Assembly: GCA_027604505.1 (NCBI GenBank)
Contig: JADIIX010000171.1
Span: 1-39,898, forward strand
Reading direction: 5' to 3'
Length of the DNA stretch: 39,898 nucleotides
Origin: Gonapodya sp. JEL0774
Lineage: Eukaryota
The notes under the pieces were generated by a model. It had not been told where the DNA came from. It ran no database searches and saw nothing but the letters and a program-made list of their open reading frames with translations. Position 1 is the first letter of the stretch; each line of letters starts with the position of its first letter. This document shows positions 11,993-24,099 of this stretch, one piece after another. Position numbers and translations under genes: made by a program.

Positions 11993-13904
11993 ATGGTCCG
12001 CAGAAAACCTCGGCGAGCACCACCGTGGAGAAAGTCAGCTGGACTTGTCTGTGTGGCAGCTTCCCTCGCACTCTTGGGTCTCGTTGTGACCCCTATACTC
12101 GGAAATGCTCACACTTCGATACACGGATGCATTTGCCAGTCAGAATGCTTGGAAGTTACGCTGGCTGGACGGGTACGGACGAGACCTGTGAGTTGTCCCC
12201 TCCACGCTTGATATCACCCGGGTTCACAGGTTTTTTAACACACACCAACCCCCATCCACAATCAACCTGGGCACAACACGCAGTGGTGCTATACAGAAGA
12301 GGATTGCTTGGGGGCCATCAGCGTGGAAGGCGGAAGGAGCTGGGACTTTTGTAAGAATGTGAGCCTCCCGTTGGTTGCTGTTCGGGATGTCAACCATCAA
12401 CACCAACACGTCGCCAAAGTCTGCTCCGAAGATTGTACCACGACAGGCAGCTACCCCGACCGCAACCTCATTGACCTCCGCTTCCGCTCGCTCTTCTACA
12501 ACCGCACAGCTGTCTTCAACAATGCAGAGCACATTTGCTTCATCTGCCGCCACTTCAGTCATTCTTACTGTGTCGTCAGCTTCTCGAACATCTACGATGC
12601 CTTTGGTGACTGCGGGCAGCGTTCCCGTAAGCTCCGAAACCCTCATTCTCGCTCTCGGCACGACGACAAAGCTCTCTCCTTCGATGGCTGCCGCCGCCGC
12701 TGCAGCCGAGACTACTTCTACGAGTGTCGGGATAATTCTTGCGGCCGTTGGGGTTGCTGCGGTTATAGGTCTCGCTGCTTTGGTGTGGATAAAGCGGAAG
12801 CGGACCGACGAGGAAGAGCCTCCCAAGCCTCCTCGGAACCCATCAGGACGTGGGCTCGGTCGCTCACGCAGTCTGCTGGGCTTTGTGTCTCAGGCTGCGG
12901 CAGTGAATGATTTGGGGGAGATGGCGACGGGGAAGCGGGCGACTGGTCCTCCGAGTTTCATTATAGGGCGAAGACGAAGTGGATCACGGAGTTCTGGACC
13001 CCAGCCACCTCTGCCAAAGCCCCCGTCGAATCGTATGGAGTCGAACCAAGGAAGATCGAGCGGACTTCAAAATGACACATACAACAGGTCCGGTTCGTAC
13101 AGACCAGTCGGACCACCCCTTCGTTCTCGCGAGGAAACTTCCAAATTGAATCCGGAGGCGTACTCTCAGCGTCCGTCCGTGCGGCCAAATATGGCGCAGT
13201 ATCCCTCCCCTCGCCGCAACTCCTCCTCTACAAATAACGGATCCTCGCTTGCGCCACCACCTCCACCTCCGAAGGATATCCATCTTTCTTCAGACTCTTC
13301 CGCAGCACCGTCGAGATCAAAGTCGCTGGTTCGACCTGCACCCTCAACTAATCCGTACCGGTCTTCCACGGCCCCTACTGGAAAGGCCCCGCAAGATCCT
13401 TCGTACCAGCGAGCGGGTCAAGCTCGTGCACCGGAGCGAGGTCGAGACTCCGAAATCACATACCAAGAAAGTCGTCGACCCACACATCAGCGATCTTCTA
13501 GTGCGGGTGCATCCCTGCGTTCGGACCCATATCGACAGGAACAATACCCAAGCCAACGTACCGCCAATGCAAGCCCATCCCGCCGGTCTACCTACGATTA
13601 CAAATCCTCCTCAGTTTCAACAAATCGCCCACCGTCTCAGGGTCCACGTCCTTACTACAGTAGAAGTGGAAGCGGAACCTCTGCACATCCATACCCGAGA
13701 GAATCTTCGTCCGCGCAACCCCCTCCTCGACCACAGTCATCGGAGAAGCTTCGTACATCCCCGCCGCCAAGTGGATTCGACGTTCGTGGGCCTCCAGCCG
13801 ATCCAGGTCCTCTACGCACCAGGCCATCACAGCCGTCGAGTCGGGGTAGATCCAGCATGGGTGATCAGCGATTGTCGTCGACTCAGGACCAACAACTTCG
13901 CTGA
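11993..13904 (+). CDS. Single-pass receptor-like protein B, tandem paralog of A, without SH3
   Basis: Exons 11993-12187, 12284-12358, 12420-13904 (phase 0, same positions as A). GCICQSEC..RP|WCYTEEDC..WDFC; S/T stalk; TM VGIILAAVGVAAVIGLAALVWI-KRKR; long P/S/R-rich tail. Confidence 0.8.
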
Positions 13905-14631
13905 AGTCCCTGAGTAACCTCCGCTCTCCTGGCTAGACCGATTACAGCATGTCAAGCCAGAGCAGTTTCAAATGTATAATTTGCCACAACGTATTGACTT
14001 GTGCGGCAGGTCCGCGACTTTTATATTTATAGAGCTGTGTAATTAGTAATTGGCTCATGAGCTTGGTCTCCTGAATATTCTGTCACGTGCAGTGATGACC
14101 GTAATCCGTGTTTTGGTTGTCGGGGACACAGCGGAACTCGAATGAGAATATCTTTCAATTGTGGCTCTCGACAAAAGAGAATGAACGGTGTATGTTCCCG
14201 AATTCATGGAACCGGTATTCTCTCCAATACATAAAATTTGGTCCACATAATGAATATTCTACGTCCTCCCCAATCTGGGGTCTGCTGAGGGTCAGAAGTC
14301 GCTCCCCAATCCGGTATCTTGTTATACAGGTGCGATTTCCCCCGCAAGTACGAGTGGCAGACGTGCTTATCTCTCGCCCGATTTTGTCTAGTCGGGTTCT
14401 GATACGCAATATCCCCCGACGGGCAAAACCGATCCCTCACAAGACCCTTCTCCCTTAAGAACCGCCTGCCCTGTTGCCGACCACTACCCACATCAATGAC
14501 GGCATCTGGAAGTCGCATGTTGGTGTGAACACGACATTGAAACGCCATCTCGCCTTGAAAAGGCTCCTTGTCCGTCCACGACTGCATCAACATCACAACT
14601 CCAAATCGATGCCCCCCGCCCCCCCTCACCG

Positions 14632-15972
14632 ATGGCCGACAACCTCCCAAACTTAATAGACGCCACAAATTTCCAACTAGACGATGTTTTGCTCCAAGAA
14701 TTTGGCACGTCCATTCAGAAAGATGCATTCAACCCTGGACCAGACGGAAAGTTTGCGAGTATCGCAAAGTATTTTTACCCAGAGCACTCTGTGACTTGAT
14801 ATTGTACTGCTCAGATTTACCATTTAAGACTACACCACTTCGATGTGGACCTGGAAAGAATGCAGAAAATGGCAACAAATTCTGATCGGAGAAAGGAGAA
14901 CGAGCATCTTCTCAATCGACTTGCATTGGAAAGCAAGGGGTCTCCTGATCTCGAGGTTCTAGAAAAATGCATTATTTTCGGAAAGCATGCGATGCGGCTG
15001 ATCATGCAAATTCCAAACGTGTACACACCTGATGAACGGCAAAAGTTCTGGGACGTTGCAAAGCCACTCGGTGACTCCTTACCATTCCCTGGGACAACGG
15101 AGAAATCTGTTCATTTGTTTGAATGGGCTTGCCACAGCAGTGGAATCTACCAAACTGCTCCAACCCGGGGCCTGGCAGATGACAGCTTCACACGATTGAT
15201 GTTCAAGGGAATATCCAAAGAGAGAGGCCGAGGCATTCTCCACGACATATCGGAGCTCTCAAGCAAGGCTGTCTACATTTCCTGGCACTTTGACAAACCG
15301 GTTTTCGACAGAAATGCCAATTATTTCCAGGCCTTGCGGGACAAGCCTGAGGAGGAAAGGACAAAACCAAAACCAATTTACGCTCTGAAGGATACCCCTT
15401 ACACCACTGTTGCATTGAACTATGGACAGCTATCTAGGGAGGGATTGGAAGAAGAAGGTGGTTCCCATTATGATGTGAAGGATGGGAAGAAGGGAATTGC
15501 GACTGTGGTTTCCTTCTCACGGCTTTGCCGCACTTGCAAGGGAAGGAAGACAAGAATGGGGTTTCTGCTCTTTCTTTCTGATGGGAGTGTGAAAGTTGTA
15601 TGGGTGAGGCTGAAGCCAGGAGATCAGGTTGTGTTCCTTGGTGGTCTCATGTGCCACAAGGTGCAGTCTGACTGTGAGGATTGCGAGGAGGATGCACTGA
15701 GGATGGTGCTGTTCACCCACCAACAAGTGATAAATTTGGCGGCAAAGGAGTGGAACAAAGTGAAGAGGCTTCCATTTGGTGAAGCAGATCCAGAAAAGGC
15801 CCAGGAAATTTATGATGAGGTTCGTACGCGACCTGGGCAGGGAGCGCAAGATCGAATGAAGTGGAGGAAACAGCACAAGAATTTCAAACAACACAACGTC
15901 CAGAAAAAGTTGGAACGGAAGGCGAACGCGGCTTTGAGGAAGACCCTGGATGGTGGCGTTTCTCGAACTTAG
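14632..15972 (+). CDS. Fe(II)-dependent dioxygenase, TET/JBP-like
   Basis: Open 375-codon exon 14845-15972 with TTVALN, HYDVKD (HxD at 15466-15474), LKPGDQVVF, distal His in LMCHKV and LRMVLFTH, in the family's motif order. A 5' exon from ATG 14632 with intron 14751-14828 is tentative. Confidence 0.62.
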
Positions 15973-16919
15973 AATTTTAGATACCCATCTTTTTGTACTG
16001 GAACTCGAATTTTCGGGCTGCGTGCGGGAACATCATGTTTGTTTCTGAAACAGCGTCTTCTCGTCAGCACTTGGAAATATCATATCCACGTTCCCCCCGG
16101 CACCATCGTTGCTGCAGACACCTCATTCGCCACTCCCATTTCACGAATCATCCCCCTAATCCGTTTTCGCCGCTCCGGGAGGGATGCATGGATGAATGGC
16201 ATTGTGTCTCGAGGTCGTCCGAACACAAAAAGGAAGGTCCGTGGCGCGGGGCGGTCTTGGAAAGCTTAGCGAACATTAGGAAATGCCGTGCTGTGGCTCC
16301 CCCTTACCCGTCGAAGCCCCTATTCACAGGAAAACGAACGCGAACGCCGCGCTACCATTTGAGGCCCCTTTCCTGATGAAGGGAGTGGCTTTGCGTGGCT
16401 GTCGCCGTTCGGATCGGCGAACCGAGCTTTCGTTTGTACAGTGGCCGCCTGTCCGTCGCCATCCTGTCTTCCCCCGCTTTCGCTCTGGGTCCCAAAGCTC
16501 ACCGCCGCATGCCCTGGTACCTTTGGTGCTTTGGGCGTGGCGTGAGGCTTCGTGGGCCTCCGTTACGCTGATGTTGGACGCAAAAGCGGTGAGGACGTGA
16601 ACGACGACCCGACCTTTGTCCAGAGATGAGAAAGACGGAGTAGTCCGCACGACCAACTGACTCGTCACACCAGGCTATGGCACAGTGTGCAGAAACTTAA
16701 TCTACCCCGCAAGTGTGGGCAGGGCCAACTCATTTTGGGTTCGCCCTCCAGACTGTGCACCCCGAACTTTGTCCGGATTGGAATTGGTTCCAATTCGGAG
16801 ACATCAACGTCTATAGAGACTTGCAAGCAGGTGAGTGTGGGAGATGAGACAGACAGGATCCTTAGAATTCACGGACTCCGCTCCCCTCTACATTCTGTCC
16901 CACCCCATCATTGTTTGGA

Positions 16920-17226
16920 GAGCATTTGCCGATTACACGAGCCCATTCTGGCACCCATCGTGGTCTGACAGCAGTGTAGGCATATACATGTACTTGCATC
17001 AACCCATTGTCATTTTCCGACACCGCTACCCTATCACCCCACTCAGACGCCTTAGTTGCTTCCTAACCAACACGTCTATTAAAGACCATTGCCGTGCGTC
17101 CCAGAATCACTGATTACCGCCCAGAAACCCGCAGTAGGACGAATCATTATTCTCTGTAATAAGCCCAAGTATCCCACGAGATGTATCGTGCCTTGGAATA
17201 TGCCGAGAGGAAGATCGATGAGATGC
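16920..17226 (+). repeat. Diverged dispersed repeat, copy 1 (copy 2 at 36987-37275)
   Basis: Collinear shared blocks such as GAGCATTT..CACGAG..TTCTGGCACC, CACTCAGAC.CCTTAGTT, CCAGAATCACTGATTA, CAAGTATCCCAC, GTATCGTGCCTTGGAAT. Confidence 0.8.
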
Positions 17227-17727
17227 ACAGTACTATCGTTTGGTTCTTCCCCGAAAGCCTTTCCGCTTTTAGGCAATACAGAAAGAATTTGGTGCCCAAA
17301 TTGATGGTACTTCTTTTCGAAGGGGCATGAATCATGGAAATTGCAAACGCGAACAGGAGATGAAAACAAACCGACACAGGGCCACACCGCCGTTGGTTTC
17401 CATTTGAAGCTTCAGTCGGGCTACTATTGCATATAGATCAGTGAAAGTGCGGCGAGATACATTCACCAGGACACCGCAATCACCATTGAGATTGGCGGGG
17501 AGTATTGCAGGGAGAAGAGTCTTTCACTGAACTCAAGGACGGACTTGGGGACTTCAAAAGCTGTATTCTTTATCCATAAGCGAATGATAGTGGCCTGCTA
17601 GCGCTTGGACAAACAGCTCCACCGGCCGGCAGCCACACGTTGAACTTATATATAAATACGATAAACGGTGTCAACCGCCACCGAGTATCAAGCAGTTCGC
17701 CAAGTGTCCATCCCACCCTCATATTAC

Positions 17728-18370
17728 TCAGTCGTACGGCTGTGTTGGCGCAGACGACAAACCATTCGCCATCCAACCTGCCCACGTGTCCTGTCCTTCC
17801 AACGTGCTATTCGACGGGTTTGCTGGCGGAGCGGATGAGTCAACAGCCATCCATGGTGCCGATGATCCCGTCGGAGTCGTCGCAGAGTGCGGTGGGGCAG
17901 AAGAGTCTGTCACGGCCTCGTTCGATCCCGAGAGGCTGGCATATTCACGTGCAGGAGGGGATGAAGAGTCCACCATTGCAACGCTCGAAGATGATGCGCT
18001 CCCAGAAGAGTCCTGAACGACGTTTTGGGGGCATTAGCAGTGAAAGAGTATTGGCGGGCAGTTCAGAACTGAAACCACATACCTGAGAAGCGGCCACCAC
18101 CTCCGCTGTCAAGAACACCATCCCAGTTGTCTTCAACATGGCTTTAAGATCACCATCCGTGTGCAAAACAATATTCGAACCATGTTTCTGCTCCCAGCTG
18201 ATTCGCAATCCTCGGTCTCCAGTAGAACCCACTTTCAAATTCAATCTCACGAGCTCACGGAAAGCACCGAGGGATGTCGGCAGGGAATCTTCCTGAAGAG
18301 ATATAATGGTGGTCTTTCCATCGTGAGAGACGTGAAGTGCTCTGGTGTGGAGAGGTCGTGTGGGCGCCAT
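17728..18370 (-). CDS. Hypothetical two-exon protein with PB1/ubiquitin-like N-terminal domain and Ser/Pro/Ala-rich tail
   Basis: ATG 18370; intron 18082-18013 (GTATGT..GCTAAT..TTCAG) joins ORFs 17945..18400 and 17728..17976 in frame. LRISW..GSNIVLHTDGDLKAML resembles the PB1 C-terminal half. Confidence 0.5.
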
Positions 18371-18982
18371 TTGTGGACCTATGGGAAGCTGCAAGCTCAA
18401 TAGACTCAGGCTTCAGAGCAGGAATTTCGCCAAGAACACAAACCAGAAAAATCTTTATTGGGAATGCTGGGGTCTGTCGGCCGGACACATATATCTAGAA
18501 GACTTTTGAAACAGAGTATTACGTTCATGCAAGACTCAGACACGAGCCCGGGTAGGAAAATGTGATATCCGAGCAACAGCTGCGAGTATCTCACGTCATT
18601 TCCGTGTATTAATGAAATGTACATGAAGCGCCTGTGGAATGTTATCGTCACAGAGTGAACTTGCCATCACCATACATCTATACAACGGAGTACTACTCTA
18701 GTGCGAGGACGAAAATCGAGTCATTGAGGCAGAGCGAGCAGTGGGAATAATCTTGCGCTGTTTTGAGTCTGAGAGGAGGGAATACTTGATGCCTCAATGC
18801 CTGGACCAGGAACAGCGAAAACCCACCCTTGGACCCACCTCAGGCAAAACCTTTCCTCGGCTACTTTCTCGGATCAGGATCGAATTTCTGGACTTGACGA
18901 CTCGCTGCAGTGCGACGACGGAGCCCAGCGTGACTCACTGACTGTCCCTTCAACGACAGCGAACAACCAAGCGCCAACCATC

Positions 18983-21141
18983 ATGAAGTTCGGAAAGGAG
19001 CTACAAAAGGCAGTGGAAGAACTGCCGGTCGAATGGCGGCCCCACACGGTGGACTATAGAAACGTAAGATCTGTTCGCGGTTGCCTGTACTGTGGTTCGT
19101 GCTGAATCGATGTCGTGGGTTGTTTCAAATAATGAAAGCTCAAAAAATCTCTCAAAACCGTGCAACTCTCCCTCGAAGAACAACTTGCAGGACTTCCACT
19201 CGATGTTGAGGTGGTGTACACCCTCGCTGCCGGTATGTCGACCTTCTCTCTGCTGTGCTTATAGTTTCATCACCCGAAGGTCATGCGCTCTGTTCTTGCT
19301 TTCAGAGGATATTGAACACCATATCGACTCATTCCTTGCCATCTCTAATAAATCGATTGAACTTTGTGACTCAGCAGATCCTTCCGTCGACCAACGCGTG
19401 CCAAATCCCAACATACTGTGGGAGACACCCGTCGCCACTCAAAGTGACGAAGCACGCGATAGCTTGCTCGGCACTGGCTTCGTTAGTCATGAAGGAATAC
19501 CGAGGCGTCTCTCCGCTCATTCAGTGTCTGTCCCTGTCGTCTGGAAGCGGCCACGACGATCCACGTTTGGGGCTGACAATACTTCGCGTCCAAACAACGT
19601 CCAGTTAAACGAGGCTCCAGAACTCCCAGCTTCGGAAAGTGTTGTCATCAGCACTAGACGTCGGTCATTCAGTGGCATGGAAGCATCCGACACGACTCCG
19701 ATCGACACTAATTCGCCCTTCTCCACACATGATGGAGGAAAGCCACCATCGGACCTCCTCCTCGCAACCGAACATACCAGTATCCCGCTTCAAGGAGATT
19801 CTGCATTTCTTACTAATTTATCTAAGAGCATACAAGGCATCTCGGACTTTGAAAAAGGACTGGAGCACCACTTCCAGGAGCAAATCGATACGATGGCCAA
19901 AGTGATGGTCTCGGTGACAGATCGCAGTGGAAGTGCTGATCACCACCTTTTGGTGCTGGGACGGGATGATCCATCATGTTCGCTCAGTGATGACTCCCGG
20001 GGGGCCAGCACGTCGTTGGATATTCAGAGGCTGCGTGGTGATACACATGGGCCACCAAGTCGGACATCAATCTCACACAGTCGTTTTGCAATACTCCGGC
20101 GTCCCGGTGGTCGCAGCAAGCACCGAGACTTGTATGCTTGGCGCGCCTTGCTCGCCCTCTACATCTCCACCTCCCCGTTCATCGATCTGTCTACACACCA
20201 TGAACGCTTGCTGACTGATGTGACCGACTGCATGTCTGAGTTCCAGGAGAAGGCAAGACATATGGCGGGGGACTTCAAGATCAATGGGAGTGCGGCGCTC
20301 TTGGAGGATTTCTTGCGTCTGAACTGGGAGTGCATCCGAGTGAGGAGATTCGGGGAGATCAACTCACGGGCGATCACAAAGATTTTGAAAAAGCACGATA
20401 AAGTAACCAACTTGCAGTTCGTACTGCGTTCCGATTTTGCATCTTTGCTTTGTTCATTGGCTTGATATCCTCGTTCTCGTATCTGTCTTACAGAGCCACC
20501 AGCCCGTTTCAATCCCTTCTCGGTTCCCATCCATTTTTTACCGCCGCGCCGTTTCGCCATCTCATCACCACTATCGCCGAGAACTTGATCACTGTAGTGC
20601 CTCAACCTGACGATTACTCGTGCCCGATCTGCTCCGAAATTCTTTGGCGGCCTGTCAAGCTCCGATGTGGTCACCACTTTTGTCACATGTGAATAGGACG
20701 CCGGTGGATGGGCATCAACTTCGCGTCGTCTTGTTTTGGGAGATATTGAATTCTTCTTCTCAATTTGGATTCAGGTGCATCGTGTTCTCTTCGACACGAG
20801 GTCGCAGACGTGACTGTCCGCTCTGTCGATGCCCCAACGCTTTATACGAAGCCGGACTGGAGAATATCGACGCTGCAAAAGTCGAACTCATGAAAAAGTA
20901 AGTTGGTATTACTTGAACCCAAAAGCTGAAACACATTTTTACATTGTTTGGACCTGTTGTCACTTCTTCGTTGCGTTCCCTTATGATCACATCTAGATGG
21001 TTCCCAATTGAAGTTGCCGAGCGTCAACGTGTACTGGATGACGAGGCAAGTCGACGGGAGGCTGAAAACATGATGTTCATCTTGGGTTTCGATGTTAGTG
21101 AAGAAGGCCAGCGCCGCCCTCGAGCATGCTCTATCATGTAA
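18983..21141 (+). CDS. SPX-RING E3 ubiquitin ligase (plant NLA / fission yeast Pqr1-type architecture), multi-exon
   Basis: SPX start MKFGKEL..EWRPHTVDYRN|LKK, SPX end EINSRAITKILKKHDKVT; RING CPICSEILWRPVKLRCGHHFCHM|CI..DCPLCR; ends ..RACSIM-stop. Confidence 0.9.
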
Positions 21142-21365
21142 TGTCTTCAGCCGGCTCCGCCTTGTATATATGTTGCTATCACGGTGTCATCAGGGAAAAA
21201 AAATTAATAAACATTCATGCTACATTAAGTTGAACAGGTATTTGTCAAACAGGTACTTGTCCCTGACCCAGCCTTGCCAACCCCTTCCGCCTCAATAAAT
21301 GACCCGTTTTCGCCGCAGTTTCGAAACTCCATCGATGTTCGTTGACCTCTTGTTCCCGACAACAG

Positions 21366-22884
21366 TTCGCGCATTATAGCTCCGGTGAAAGTGACTGCTG
21401 CGCAATACCAAGTACATCAGGACATCCGAAAGGGCAGAACGCAGACAAACCGGGGGTGAGGCCAGGTCCTGCACGCGCTGATACCTGTGTCGGACATACA
21501 CCAGTTCTAAGTGGACAACCGGTGACCATTCACAGATAGCAACTGCCCTCCAGCCCAGCGAAGCTAAGCTGGTGTTTTCGCCCAAGTTCACAGACTCATC
21601 CGACAAGAGCGTGGACTTTTCCGAGATGGCGGATGGCAGCACTCCATCATTTCCATCGGATAGTGCGATAAGCCCGCGGCGGGAGGGGGTTGTTGTTGTC
21701 CGACAAAGGAGGCACCGTGTGGAGAAGGTATGTTCCCCGAAAGGCACTGCGCAATTGCCAGCGAGATCGGGATTGCGGGGTATTTTCGGGATGCCGGAAC
21801 ACAGAAATCTCATCGTGGGTTTGACCATTTACATATCCCTGTCAACGGTCCACCTTGCAGGCGTGTGACCAATGCCACCGGAGGTTCGTTTCAGGAAGCG
21901 GTTCTACTGTCACCTCTACACTCAGTCACCGTACCTTGATGCTTTCTCCGACTCGCGTCATTCATACCAGAAAAAAAGGGTGCGATAGTAAAACTCCCCG
22001 ATGCGGTCACTGCACGTAAGTTCACCGACTAGACTGTCCGCCTGCGAAGTCATCTCGTTAGTTCACAAAGTCGTTCTTTTCTTCGCAAAGTCTCTCTGGC
22101 CTTGCCTGTACTTTCAATCGAACAGGCAACGAGGTGCGGTCCCACTCGGCGGAGGCCTCGTCTGCAAGCAGAATATCTCAGATCGTAGCCGGCAGTGACG
22201 CATTTGCGGGGAACTTCCAACCTATCCTTGCGCGTTTTGGGTCTACTATTCCTATCTCGTTGCGCCCAGTGAACTCATCGCCAATTGTGGATCACACTCG
22301 GAACAACCAGTATGCTTGGGCTCCAAACACGGAACCCAATTCATTCTCGTTTCCGCCACCGGCACCTGACTCCTCGAATTTGGTGAGTTGAAGTGTGGGC
22401 AATTGAGCATTATCGATCATTCTTGCTCTAGTAAAAAATGTGCTTGGATGACGACGAAACATCACGTCACTCCGGTACAGTCCCCTTACAATAATCCATC
22501 TGCGAATACAATCGAAACACCTGAATATATTGTGCATTCATCCTATGCAACCCCTCGCTTGGTGAGTTCCAATGTCAAAGATTCCACAAAGGTTGCTCAA
22601 TGCTAATCCTCTTCCTCCTGATGATGAAATGTGCTTGTTAGCAACCCATCGCACACAGCGATAATGCACTATTTGTAGCGCCTCAACAGCTGACGGATAT
22701 TCCACATTTACTCACAGCCACGGCATGGAATCAACACCTGAGTTCACTGGCGACACTGCACAACCATGATCCTGCACATGTGGACCCTCAGAACGATAGG
22801 AACATTACCCAACCACGAAGTATGCCTCGGTCAGTGAGCACACCACAACTCATGCCGACATCTGAGTCTGTGAAGCGATTTTAG
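21366..22884 (+). CDS. Zn(II)2Cys6 fungal transcription factor, short, about 7 exons; 5' end uncertain
   Basis: Splicing RQRRHRVEK| + ACDQCHR(R) (from 21861) + KKGCDSKTPRCGHC(T) (from 21971) + LSGLACTF (from 22091) yields CX2CX6CX6CX2CX6C. Further in-frame exons end at TAG 22882-22884. Not visible in the ORF track. Confidence 0.85.
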
Positions 22885-23184
22885 ATATGGATTCGAAACG
22901 AAAGGGGGTCAATTTTGCATTTGCATTGGGGTTTGAGTTTGCATTTTTTTTGCTGTCGGCACACTGTGTCACATGAAACTGTTTTGTAAGGACTGAGATG
23001 TCCTGAAGCACATGAAAAAACACTGAAAAACTCGAATAACGTTCAAATCGGCGCACGTAATGTGTACCGAGCAAGTGTAAATGTGCAGTTTCAGCAATAG
23101 GTTTCTCCACCAACTTTTAGTTGCCGTGGCACTGCGACGCCTCCGCAGGAAGGATCGATTGTCCACCTCACCAAGTGAAAGGGG

Positions 23185-23448
23185 TCGCTATCCGTCTTCC
23201 TCTTCAAAGCGGTGAGCCTCCTGTACACCAAGCCTGCTGCCACTGCACCTTGCAGTGACTGTCTTGAGGTGAGGATCTGGTTACCTCTCGCTTGGCCCGC
23301 AGTCTATTGAGAACACGCAACCTGATGTGACTCTGTCATCTTTTATCACTTTTCCCATGGTTTCCAGGATGTCAAAATCGGCGCCAAAGTCTGCCCCTAC
23401 TGCCGGAAGAACCTCGTTGCTTCGAGCGAGGTGGGCGCCAAGGAATAG
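23185..23448 (+). pseudogene. 5'-truncated remnant of a second MscL paralog (end of TM2 plus CxxC/CxxC tail)
   Basis: SVFLFKAVSLLYTKPAATAPCSDCLE|DVKIGAKVCPYCRKNL aligns with FVIFKLLISIYPKP..EQCPACLE|PHKPGARLCPHCK of the neighbouring gene, with an intron (23269-23367) at the same position. In-frame stop just upstream; no TM1 exons found. Confidence 0.68.
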
Positions 23449-24099
23449 AGAACAGGTTCAATGTTCATGGTGCATACGGAAATTCATGACTGCTATCTAG
23501 GACTCAGATCTGGACACACACTTTCACTTTGGCTTTTACTACCCTCACAGGTGCACGACACTGCCTCCTAAGAAGTCGGATGTATTTCACGGATGATCTA
23601 TAATGCTGCGTGTTGGAGGAAACGGATAGCTGCACTACTTTACTTCCTAATTTAAGTAATGAAATATGGTGTCTCGATAATTGAACAAGGACCTACGCAT
23701 TGTTGAGACTCAAGGACGTTTCCGTCGACATGTGCATTCGTCCTTGAGTTCGGGTATTCGAGTATGGCATCTCACCAAACAGAACAATTACTTTGAGCAC
23801 ATTCCACGGTACTCGCCGGACACATTACGTGGAAAAGAAAGTGCTCTCCACACATAAGGGGGGATCCAAATGGTGGAACCGAGTCGGCTGGCGCGCGTTG
23901 CGAAGGTAATCATCGAGGCGACAATTTTCATCATACACCATAAACCTTAACGTATTTCTCCCCCTTCCGCTTCTGATAACAGTCACCAACGACACCACAC
24001 TTACGTTTTCGCCCTGCATGTCCTTTCTCCGTAACTCCACCCGCGCCGCCCCCTTTCCCGATTGGCCCGCCGACCCTTCGCCTCGCACCCAACTCCATC

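Noticed and set aside
13950..16900. KDZ-type or other transposase next to the TET/JBP-like gene
   Set aside because: No transposase motifs or terminal repeats recognised in the flanks.
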